Positions 19,358 to 27,797 are shown, numbered from the stretch's first letter. The stretch: 64,000 nt of DNA from Nitrospirota bacterium (GCA_963840455.1 CAWIYV010000001.1:32001-96000), one strand, 5' to 3'. Notes: generated by a model not told the origin, from the sequence alone. Made by a program: numbers and translations.

Positions 19358-20461
19358 TTAGTTCACCGTAACCTGGTACTTGATCCGCGCAACACCGCCA
19401 AGGGAGTTAACAGTTAAGTTCGTGACATTGACCGTGCCTGCGGTAAAATCGGCATTGTCGACATCGCCATTCGTATTCGTGCGGCATCCGAACGTGCCGG
19501 TGCCCGGATCAACGGCGATGCCCTGGCCCGCTATGCAGCTAGGCCCTCCGTCATCGAACTGCGTCCGGAATGTCACCGGCAGCGCACCCAGTGCGTCCGC
19601 GATAGACACGTTCGTAGCATTGGACGTGCCGGGATTCGTGATCGTCACTATGTAGGTGATGACCGCGCCAGGGATCGACCGCGGCGAGGTGGTCCCGTTT
19701 ACGGGATCGGAATAGACCACCGGGGTCTTGGTCACAGTGATCCCCGATATCCGGAACGCACTCCGGTCGGATGCGCGAGCATCGCGTCCTACGTCGCCGG
19801 TGACTGTCCCGTTGCCGGCATCACCGAAGACCGTATCAACACCGTTGTAGTTGGCGACACCCTCGGCCAGGTTCGTCGCTACCCCTGCGCCGCTGCCAAA
19901 GGCGCGGGCTACCGCGGTAAGCGAAAATGCCTGGAGCGCGCCATTCGCCTCACCCGCCGGGATGTTGGCGACGATAAATACTGTCACCGAGACGTCCGAG
20001 TTGATGGTACTGAACAGCGCCGTGTCAACCCCCGGGTCATAGATACCGTTACCAGTATCCACATAGGCGGCGACCGTCGGGACGGTGACAAAGGTGTTCG
20101 CCCCGCCGTTATAGGGGTTGGTGGCCGAAACGGCCGTCACCAGCCCGAAATCGAGCTGTGTGTTCGTGATGTTCGTCACCAGGAACGTCAGGTAGGCATT
20201 CGTTGCGCCTCCCGCCACGTCGACGAAGTTCGCGTTCTGGCGGGTGACCGTCATGTTCACCCGCATACCGACCGTGAATGTGGCCGTGGAGACAAGCGCG
20301 CTTCCCGGCACTCCTCCGATGGAATAACCGACCGACACCGAGTTGCTGATGCCGGTGCCTGCAATGGTGCCCGCTGCCCAGATGGACGCAGGTACCGCAA
20401 TGGCGATCGCCGTAATGATCGCGACCGCCGTCAGGATCCTTTTAATGCTTGTTGCTTGCAT
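19358..20461 (-). CDS. Exported DUF11-family protein, candidate major pilin
   Basis: AAGGAGG RBS; signal peptide ending SIWA; N-terminal AGTIAGTGISNSVSVGY; C-terminal VTKT..SIPGAVITYIVTITN..IADAL..YQVTVN-stop. Confidence 0.8.
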   Translation of the reverse strand: MQATSIKRILTAVAIITAIAIAVPASIWAAGTIAGTGISNSVSVGYSIGGVPGSALVSTATFTVGMRVNMTVTRQNANFVDVAGGATNAYLTFLVTNITNTQLDFGLVTAVSATNPYNGGANTFVTVPTVAAYVDTGNGIYDPGVDTALFSTINSDVSVTVFIVANIPAGEANGALQAFSLTAVARAFGSGAGVATNLAEGVANYNGVDTVFGDAGNGTVTGDVGRDARASDRSAFRISGITVTKTPVVYSDPVNGTTSPRSIPGAVITYIVTITNPGTSNATNVSIADALGALPVTFRTQFDDGGPSCIAGQGIAVDPGTGTFGCRTNTNGDVDNADFTAGTVNVTNLTVNSLGGVARIKYQVTVN

Positions 20462-20661
20462 GACTTCCTCCTTAGGTTAGTGTTTTCGAATATGCAAAAT
20501 AGATTGTTCTGTGGCCGTTCTTGCCCCAGGTCTTTTTATCCCCCCTTCCATGATTCTCCGAACTTGTTCCAGAGAAATCTTCGTTCTTTTCGTTTTCGAG
20601 AATCGTTCCTATATTGTGATATCATGGCATGCTCCTCCCAAGTGCTCCGTCCTTCTCGCGG

Positions 20662-21156
20662 CTACCGGATCTGCGCACGAAACGAGACGCTTCCGCTAGC
20701 GCCAGGTGCCAGGGGGGCCGTCACGGTCCAGCGGATGTGCGTAAAATCCGCGGGCAGGGCCGGACGGACTTTGCCGTCCTTGTTCGTGATCTGCAGTTTT
20801 TCCGGTGCAGCGTATTTCTTGCCACCGTCGACGGAAAAGTCGATCTTCGTTCCCTTGCCCTCTGCGCTCTTTTCCACATAGGCCATGTGCTCGGGCACGG
20901 GGTTCGTGACCACCACCCCAGTGGCCGCCTGCTTTCCTTTGTTGACATAGCGTGTGGTGAAGATCACGACATCGCCTGGAACGACCTTGGCTTTAGAGGC
21001 CTCGATGCGCTTCACCTCGGTCGTTCCCTGGGCTGTCTTTTCCTTGACCTCCACTTCGGCTAGGCTCGTCACGACAATGTCCCCTTGCTGTTGCGCCCAG
21101 GCGGACAGGGGGGCCAGTGCCAATACCAGCATGCATCCAATGATCCTGTTCCTCAT
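20662..21156 (-). CDS. Small exported single DUF11-like domain protein, candidate chaperone
   Basis: Signal ending SAWA; VVPGDVVIFTTRYVN..VVTNPVP..FSVDGG..HIRWT..LAPGASGSVSFRAQIR-stop. Confidence 0.8.
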   Translation of the reverse strand: MRNRIIGCMLVLALAPLSAWAQQQGDIVVTSLAEVEVKEKTAQGTTEVKRIEASKAKVVPGDVVIFTTRYVNKGKQAATGVVVTNPVPEHMAYVEKSAEGKGTKIDFSVDGGKKYAAPEKLQITNKDGKVRPALPADFTHIRWTVTAPLAPGASGSVSFRAQIR

Positions 21157-21179
21157 CTGCGTTCCCTCCTTAGTATTGA

Positions 21180-22217
21180 TTAATCAATTTTTACATCGAA
21201 CGAAATGACCTGCGCAGGCGACGCGCTGGTCAGGTTTCCCACATTGACCGTAATGGTATTCGGAGAAGTGATCCCGAAATTGCCCGCGTCGGCGTCTGTG
21301 GCGTCGGTCAGCGGCACTCCGTTCAGTACTATCGTTCCGGGCTTGTAGGTGGTGCTCGCCGGGATCGCGTCGGAGATGACGATGCCAATTGCAGTTCCGG
21401 TTCCCGCCATGGTCACACTCAGGGTATAGCGGATGGTCGCTCCCGGTTGAGGCCGGTTCCCGCCGTAGGGATCGAGAATGACGGCCGTCTTGGTCACATT
21501 CACCGTGGCACCACTGGAGATGGCATAGCTTCCGGCGGCGGTCCGGGTACCCTGCGACGCGCCGATCACCGCGTCGGAACCTCCTTCGCCGGCACCGGGC
21601 AGGATGGTCCCGGCAGGACCGGTCCCGCTGGCTGAGACCGCAGTCAGGTTGACCGTACCGACGTCGCCATTGGTCATGGTGGTCGCCGGTATACTTGAAA
21701 GTACAAAGATCGTCAGAAAACCGTCAGCTGTGACCGTGCCGGTGCCCGAGCTGTACAGCACGTCCGTGCTTTGGTCAAAGACGCCGTTCCCATTAGCGTC
21801 GAAATAGATCGCCGTGACCACCGGATCGAACTGGTCCCCGCCAATGCCCGCCCCAGTCGCGGACAGAGTATATGCGTCATTGCCGTTCCCAGTGTTGGTG
21901 ATACGGAGCGTAGAGACCGCATTGGCCTGGCCCGGTAGAACGGGTACCGGAGAAGCGTCCTGCAGGGTGAGGGTAAGTTCGAGACGCTCGGCAATCCGGA
22001 GGGATGCGTTGCTGGACTGCGAGTAGTTGTTGCCGGCTATCGTGTAGTTCACGCTTACGGTGTTCATGATCACCGTGCCCGCTGCTGTTCCGACAGCACG
22101 CGCGCTGTCCTGACCCACCAGGCTTGCGGCAAGGAACGCGATGGCAATCAGGGCCTTTTTATATGTAGTTCCGCTTCTCTTCATGGGTCGATCTTTCGTG
22201 CGAGGCGGGCAGAGCAC
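21180..22217 (-). CDS. Exported DUF11-family protein, second or minor pilin (alternative start ATG 22184)
   Basis: Signal ending SARA; N-terminal VGTAAGTVIMNTVSVNY; DANGNGVFD motif; C-terminal VTKT..PGATIRYTLSV..ISDAIP..ISFDVKID-stop. Confidence 0.8.
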   Translation of the reverse strand: MLCPPRTKDRPMKRSGTTYKKALIAIAFLAASLVGQDSARAVGTAAGTVIMNTVSVNYTIAGNNYSQSSNASLRIAERLELTLTLQDASPVPVLPGQANAVSTLRITNTGNGNDAYTLSATGAGIGGDQFDPVVTAIYFDANGNGVFDQSTDVLYSSGTGTVTADGFLTIFVLSSIPATTMTNGDVGTVNLTAVSASGTGPAGTILPGAGEGGSDAVIGASQGTRTAAGSYAISSGATVNVTKTAVILDPYGGNRPQPGATIRYTLSVTMAGTGTAIGIVISDAIPASTTYKPGTIVLNGVPLTDATDADAGNFGITSPNTITVNVGNLTSASPAQVISFDVKID

Positions 22218-22232
22218 GCCTCACTTAGCCTC

Positions 22233-25200
22233 CTAATTGATCCTGACCCGGAACTGGATCGTGAACTGCGGGTTCGGCGGGCCGCTCGTTCCGTTCAACG
22301 CTCCGGCAGGGTTGATGCGTACGCCCTTCACATTCGAGTCATACCCGCCAACCGACACCGGCGTATAGTTGTACGGAGGACCGCCGCCAATCTGAGACGA
22401 GTAGGTCACAGCGGTCGCATAGTTGTACGTCACTCCGCAAGGAGGGACGGCGCTGCAAGTAAAGGTCACGGGATCGCCCGATCCGGTATCGACGTACATG
22501 CTTGTATTGGCCGGAATCGGGTCCGTGATGACGATCGAATTGCTATCAGCGGAGCCCGGGCCGCTATTGATCACCGTTACGGTATACAGCATCACCGCCC
22601 CGGGAATGGATTTTGGGTTGGTCGTATTATTGTATGGGTCGGAGAAGGTCGAGACCGCCTTAACGACCAATATGCTCGGTACAGCGCGTTCACCGATCGC
22701 GAATACGCCAAACCCACTCATACCGGTCGCCGTCGTATTATTGGGATTTTTCGCACCCACGGTCGGGTAGGTCCACACGCCGCCGCTCTTGCGTCCGACA
22801 ATAAAGTTGGCCGTGTTCGCACCGCTATCAATATCGCCATTCACAAATGTGAATGTCGCGTCATACGTTGCGAAGGCTAATGAAGCCCCTTGCGTCAGGG
22901 TCCATGTGCGGTTCACGCTCTTTCCCGCATCAATGCCTGAGGTGTTCGCCGTGGTGTCCCCATGGTCGCCCGTATCGGTGCGAGCGATCAGTACGCCGTT
23001 CACCAGCGTCGAGGTGACGTTGGCCATGGCGACCGTCACCGGGGTGTAATTCGTTGCATCGCCGATAGGGAATGTACAGAGCGTAGTGCCTGCATTGGTC
23101 GGATAATGCAGGCTCAGATTGCCCACCACAAATCCGCCGGTTCGTACGATTCCGGTAGCACAGCTGGACCCCACTTCTAGAACATTCGCGCCGGTCGTGA
23201 AAATCCCGTTGGTGAGAGTTAGCACACCGCTGACGGTGGGACTGGCGCTAAGCGTCGCTCCAAACGCATCGTTCATTATTAAGTTAGCGTAGGTGCCGGT
23301 ACCTGAAAGAACGTGAACGGCCGTGCCGCCGCTCAACGTAATGCTTCCGGTGGTGGCGGTATGCGTTCCGGTGTTGTTCACGTTGCCATTCACGGTCTGG
23401 ATGCTCGCACCACTTCCAAAGATCACACTGGTAATCGCAAGATCTCCCCTCACAACGAAGCTGCCCGCCGCGGTCTTGACGCCGCTACCGCTCACGGTGA
23501 GATTTCCATAGCCCGGAGCCGCTTCAGAAGCAATATTCTGGTTGGCGCCGCTGTATTCGACCGTGCTGGTTGCGCCGAGCGTGTGCGTTGTGTAGTTGGT
23601 TGGAAAGCTGTTGGTCCCACCGATCTTGAGCGTTGTTCCGTTGGCCACCGTGATCATGCCACCGGCAGCCGTTCGGTTCGCGGTGAAGGTAGCGAGATCC
23701 AGCGTTCCCGTGGAAACGGAAAGGTTCCCGACTTGGGTCGCATTGCCCGTCAGGGCGGCTGCATTGCCAGCACCCACATTTATCGCAAGGTTGTTAAAGT
23801 TGGAGGCACCTATCTGCGGTGCTGCGCCTGTGAAAATCACTGTTCCGGTAGGCGTGAAGGTGCCGGCCGATCTCGTCCAGGTGCCCGCGCCTGTGCCGGT
23901 CACCGTAATCGTGTTACCGTTGTCAATCAGCGTGCCGGCCGTCTGGTTGAAGGTGCCGATGGAAATTGGTGTAGCGGCGGTTAAGGTCGTTGCTCCGGTG
24001 GAAGTGTAATTGAGAGCACCGGCAACGGTGAAGCCGGCGTTTCCCGTCATCGTCGCAGCGCCTGAAATGGTAAGGTCGCCGTTGATCGTGGTCACACCTG
24101 TCATGGTCTTAGCGCCGCTGTTGCTCAGGGTAAGGTCATAATAGCTCGTCGGCTCTACTGTCTGCGCGCCGGCACGGTTATAGTTCACCGTGTTGCCGAT
24201 GGCAGACGCGTCGAGAGTGTTAATGCCCGGCGGTCCGATGAACCCGATGCTCAGCGTGCCGGTATTGGCCAGCGTGCCGGTACCAGCCAAGGCGGTCGTG
24301 ACGTTTAGATTTCCGTTATTGGTCAAAGTCACCCCGGTAACGGTAACGTTGGGGATGGTGGTAATAGTTGTTCCACCAAAGCTCTGGCTATTGGTGTTAA
24401 AGGCGTAGACCCCAGTGCCCGCAGTGAAGGTTCCGTTGTTGATCAGGCCGCCCTGCATCGTAATGTTCTCATTAGCGCTATTGTTCCAGGTGCCGCCGTT
24501 ATTGATCGTGATGTTTCCCGTGTAGGTTTTTGTCCCTGCTGCATTGTTGTGAGTCAACGTGCCTGACACTGACGTCGTACCCGTCACTACAGTGTTTAAA
24601 CCGCCCACGGTCAAGGTCGTGCCCGCGCCGACGGAGAGATTGCCGAGGATGTTCAGCGTGCCGGCAGCGGGAGTTTTTGTACCGCTCCCCGACAGAACAA
24701 GATTCGGGTACGTCATCCCGGCCGTTGTGATTGCCTGATTTCCGGCTAAAGCGAGTGTTATCGTTGCTGTTGAGTTTCCTAACGCGTTGAAGGTGTTGGT
24801 TCCTGAATTAGCGGCAAATGGAGTGGCATTGTAAAATTGCAGGTTGGGCGAGCCCGACAATTCCACTTTACAGGTCCCATTACATGCCCCCCCCGGTCCG
24901 CCATTGAGATCAATTCTGTCCAATAACCAGGTTCCCGAACCGGAGAAGGTAGAAGTGACGTTGTTTCCCGCAAGGTAGATGGCATTTGTGCTGCCAGAAA
25001 CAGTGAAGTTGACGCTGCCATTGTTGACGAGGTTGCCCCCCAAGTATATGTCGGAGTTGGCTCCAGCGGCGATAGCAAGAGTTCCTCCTGAATCGATCTG
25101 CAGGCTCGCCAACGTGTTAGTGTTGGCATTGAACGTTACCGTGCTGCCGTTCGGTACGATGACTGAGTCGCCTGCTGCCGGCACATGCCCGCAACTCCAG

Positions 25201-25613
25201 GTAGCCGCCGTTCCCCAATTGACGGCACCGGTGTTGCTGGTGCAGGTCGCCGCCTGCGCAACAGATCCCCACGCACCCAGCCAGATCAGCATTACTGTCA
25301 CGATGCAAATTTTGAAAAATTTTCTTATTGCCCGTCTTGGCACGCTAGCCTGTCCGCTGTGGTCAACCGAACCATCCATTTTGTTCCATGAAAGTGGCAC
25401 TGTTCGCGACGCGGCAGACTTCTCTCTTCTTCTGCATTCCGGTATGAGTCGGGATAGTTCTTTGTCTTGCACGTTCACTTGGTCTTTATATTCCCTCATC
25501 GCGCCAACAACGTAGCGCATTGTGTACTGCCTCATCGATGACAGCATCCGTTCTCTCTTGTCATCTGAATTGACCATAATAAACACCCTCACAAATACAA
25601 AAAAACATGGCAT
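22233..25613 (-). CDS. Large Thr/Gly/Asn-rich fibrillar adhesin with C-terminal DUF11-like domain (true start probably internal, e.g. ATG 25379)
   Basis: Signal ending VAQA; WGTAATWSCGHVPAAGD N-domain; repeats such as YxNLxxSGSGxKT; C-terminal VVKA..SIPGAVMLYTVTVIN..ITDPIP..IQFRVRIN-stop. Confidence 0.8.
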   Translation of the reverse strand: MPCFFVFVRVFIMVNSDDKRERMLSSMRQYTMRYVVGAMREYKDQVNVQDKELSRLIPECRRREKSAASRTVPLSWNKMDGSVDHSGQASVPRRAIRKFFKICIVTVMLIWLGAWGSVAQAATCTSNTGAVNWGTAATWSCGHVPAAGDSVIVPNGSTVTFNANTNTLASLQIDSGGTLAIAAGANSDIYLGGNLVNNGSVNFTVSGSTNAIYLAGNNVTSTFSGSGTWLLDRIDLNGGPGGACNGTCKVELSGSPNLQFYNATPFAANSGTNTFNALGNSTATITLALAGNQAITTAGMTYPNLVLSGSGTKTPAAGTLNILGNLSVGAGTTLTVGGLNTVVTGTTSVSGTLTHNNAAGTKTYTGNITINNGGTWNNSANENITMQGGLINNGTFTAGTGVYAFNTNSQSFGGTTITTIPNVTVTGVTLTNNGNLNVTTALAGTGTLANTGTLSIGFIGPPGINTLDASAIGNTVNYNRAGAQTVEPTSYYDLTLSNSGAKTMTGVTTINGDLTISGAATMTGNAGFTVAGALNYTSTGATTLTAATPISIGTFNQTAGTLIDNGNTITVTGTGAGTWTRSAGTFTPTGTVIFTGAAPQIGASNFNNLAINVGAGNAAALTGNATQVGNLSVSTGTLDLATFTANRTAAGGMITVANGTTLKIGGTNSFPTNYTTHTLGATSTVEYSGANQNIASEAAPGYGNLTVSGSGVKTAAGSFVVRGDLAITSVIFGSGASIQTVNGNVNNTGTHTATTGSITLSGGTAVHVLSGTGTYANLIMNDAFGATLSASPTVSGVLTLTNGIFTTGANVLEVGSSCATGIVRTGGFVVGNLSLHYPTNAGTTLCTFPIGDATNYTPVTVAMANVTSTLVNGVLIARTDTGDHGDTTANTSGIDAGKSVNRTWTLTQGASLAFATYDATFTFVNGDIDSGANTANFIVGRKSGGVWTYPTVGAKNPNNTTATGMSGFGVFAIGERAVPSILVVKAVSTFSDPYNNTTNPKSIPGAVMLYTVTVINSGPGSADSNSIVITDPIPANTSMYVDTGSGDPVTFTCSAVPPCGVTYNYATAVTYSSQIGGGPPYNYTPVSVGGYDSNVKGVRINPAGALNGTSGPPNPQFTIQFRVRIN

Positions 25614-25701
25614 TTAGTAACATAAGCTTCAAACATAATAAAATAATTAACTTCTTTTTTTTGAAGTCCAACAAATATTTTTAATACCTATGATACTGTA
25701 A

Positions 25702-25730
25702 ATTATAATAAATCAAATATTATTTGTCAA
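25702..25730 (-). promoter_or_regulatory. Perfect consensus sigma70 promoter upstream of the DUF11 cluster
   Basis: TTGACA (25730-25725)-N17-TATAAT (25707-25702) with a very AT-rich upstream tract. Confidence 0.85.
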
Positions 25731-25844
25731 CACTATTTTTAATAGAATACTATATTATTTAAATATAATATTTCATAATAACAATAAGTTATAGGGTCGT
25801 ATGGTTTAATATGCGAAATGTGCTCTGGAAAGCGTTAGCCGGCA

Positions 25845-26117
25845 TCAAGCAACCCCAATGATTTCGGTCATCGTGAGGTTCACCTTGTTGTCAACTACGA
25901 ACGTTGCAGAGGGATCGGTGCTGATTGCCGGCTGCAACGCGTCGCCGATCGCCCAACCGGGAGAGGTGGCATTGGTCATGGGCTGGTATTGATCGCGGAT
26001 GTGACGACGCTGATGAAACACCATCCCAGCACCAGCAAGGACCAATGCGCGAAGACCCGGCAGAGAGGCAACAATACTCGCGCCGACATAGCGGCGAGCA
26101 CTAATGCATGATGCCAT
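25845..26117 (-). pseudogene. Decayed 5' fragment of another DUF11-type pilin gene
   Basis: ..MTNATSPGWAIGDALQPAISTDPSATFVVDNKVNLTMTE resembles ISNSVSVGYSIGG..STATFTVGMRVNMTVT of 19358-20461; stops after 90 codons. Confidence 0.65.
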
Positions 26118-26309
26118 TCTTCCACCTTAATCGGACAACGGAATGCACCGGGGAACGATGGCCGGGAAGCTAATGGCATTGTCCCAAATAAAAAACTAAA
26201 TGGTGCGCCTGCTGGAATGGCCCATTGTCCTTCGCTCGTTGGAAACCCGGTCAAAATTGACAATTACCTATTAAATCAAAATTTTAGGAAGGAGATATTA
26301 ATTTTAACA

Positions 26310-26338
26310 AGTATAGTTAATATGATATACATAGTCAA
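26310..26338 (-). promoter_or_regulatory. Near-consensus sigma70 promoter upstream of the pilin remnant
   Basis: TTGACT-N17-TATACT within an AT-rich tract. Confidence 0.65.
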
Positions 26339-26592
26339 TACAATAAATATCTTATTTTTACTTTATTTGGATATAAATTCACACACTATCTATATGTTCG
26401 TGGGTGGTTAATCGGAGTGGTTATGGCAGTGATATGATAAAAATAGTGGAGTTTCTGCGTCGTACAGACCGCAGCAATAAAAAGAGGCCTCGTTTTCCAG
26501 GCCCCGCAATTGTGCTTAAATTGTGCCTATTTCACTCGGAAGTGACTTGATTGTATCTGGCTGGAGCTAACTTGATTACTGGAATAAAACTG

Positions 26593-26892
26593 AATGACCG
26601 ATAAAGAAACACGGCGACCTGCACGGGTTATCGAACTGGCCAGCAAGTATGGCCAATATGGTTACCAGATGATAACTGGATTGCTGAAGAACGAAAGATG
26701 GAGGGTCAACCACAAGCGAATAGAGCGGATTGATGTCAGGAAGGCCTCAAAGTATTGAAGAAACCGCCGTAGCGTGAAAAGCTGTGGCTAAATGATGGTT
26801 CTTGTATCAGGCTCCGTCCCGAGTATAAGGACCATGTGTGGAGCTATGATTTCGTGGCAGTGAGATTGTCTAATGGCCGACCGCTCCGTATG
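26593..26892 (+). pseudogene. IS3-family OrfB transposase remnant
   Basis: Interrupted translation RVIELASKYGQYGY..VNHKRIERI../EGLKV..*..LWLNDGSCIRLRPEYKDHVWSYDFV..GRPLRM; contains a frameshift and a stop. Confidence 0.85.
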
Positions 26893-26918
26893 TGTCAGCT
26901 TGTACGCTTGCTAGCATA

Positions 26919-27710
26919 TTAGCGCTTCATCATTCTAGCCAGGCTGTCGAACCAGGTCCTTTTCCCCGCTTCCAATTCCCTCGGCTGCTGTATGCGGACA
27001 GGCCTGTTCGCAACAATGGCCGCCGGTATGGTCTCGACCAGCTCCCGCGCCCGTTCATCGCCGATCAGCGCCGCGGCTGCCTTCACTCCCTCCGAAAGGA
27101 GCGGCCGCCGCACTGTCGCGGAATGGCCGTCGCTGGCCATGATGTGCGCCAGGTCTTTTTTGAGAAGATGGATGCTGAACTTCCTGGCGGCGTTTCCGAA
27201 GCCGCCAAGGAGGCTCATTGCCGTTATCTGCACCAGGGCGCCCATCTGTACAGCCTGTTCCACTGCCTTGGGGTGCCTGACGAACCAGTAGTTCCGCTCA
27301 GGATGGGTGATGACGGGCACCGTGCCGGCTGCGAGCAGCGACCGGAGAAAAGCGTCCCAGGACTGCGGCACATAGAAATGCGGGAACTCCAGTAGGAGAT
27401 AGCAACTGTTGTTGATGGACAGGAAGTTCTTCAGTCCCGGGTGTGTCGGAAGATCCGGGAAGATGGCAACATCAGCGCCCGGCACGATCGTAAGCGCGAT
27501 GTTTTCCTCTTGCAAAGCAACCTCGAGTTCAGCCACCCGTTCCCCGATCAATTCCCCGGTCCGGGGATACTGATCCGGATTAAAGTGCGGAGTCGCGACG
27601 ATGGTCGTGGTCCCGTCCCTGGCTGCCATGCGGCACATCTCAACGGACTCGCGGAGCGTTTCCGGACCGTCATCCATGCTGTGCAGGATATGGCAGTGGA
27701 GGTCGATCAT
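26919..27710 (-). CDS. PHP-family tyrosine-protein phosphatase (CpsB/CapC/YwqE type)
   Basis: MIDLHCHIL..DDG, IVATPH, ITHPERN, ASDGH motifs. Confidence 0.92.
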   Translation of the reverse strand: MIDLHCHILHSMDDGPETLRESVEMCRMAARDGTTTIVATPHFNPDQYPRTGELIGERVAELEVALQEENIALTIVPGADVAIFPDLPTHPGLKNFLSINNSCYLLLEFPHFYVPQSWDAFLRSLLAAGTVPVITHPERNYWFVRHPKAVEQAVQMGALVQITAMSLLGGFGNAARKFSIHLLKKDLAHIMASDGHSATVRRPLLSEGVKAAAALIGDERARELVETIPAAIVANRPVRIQQPRELEAGKRTWFDSLARMMKR

Positions 27711-27756
27711 GCCGTTTCTTTACGCGCCTCCCCTTAGGGGCGGTTTTAGGAATAAT

Positions 27757-27791
27757 AAAAAAAGCCGTAACTCACGAAGAGCTACGGCTTT
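27757..27791 (-). terminator. Intrinsic terminator after tRNA-Pro
   Basis: AAAGCCGTAGCTC-loop-GAGTTACGGCTTTTTTT on the minus strand. Confidence 0.85.
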
Positions 27792-27797
27792 CACTAA

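Noticed and set aside
20462-20661. c-di-GMP or other riboswitch in the pilin leader (also checked 25380-25700 and 26120-26300)
   Set aside because: No GEMM-like GGCAAA..GAAA..GACGCAAA pattern recognised by eye; a covariance-model scan would be needed to exclude it fully.
25380-25613. 78-residue N-terminal extension of the adhesin ORF
   Set aside because: It precedes the signal peptide, lacks a clear SD and runs into the AT-rich promoter tract; more likely 5' UTR, though the true start is uncertain.
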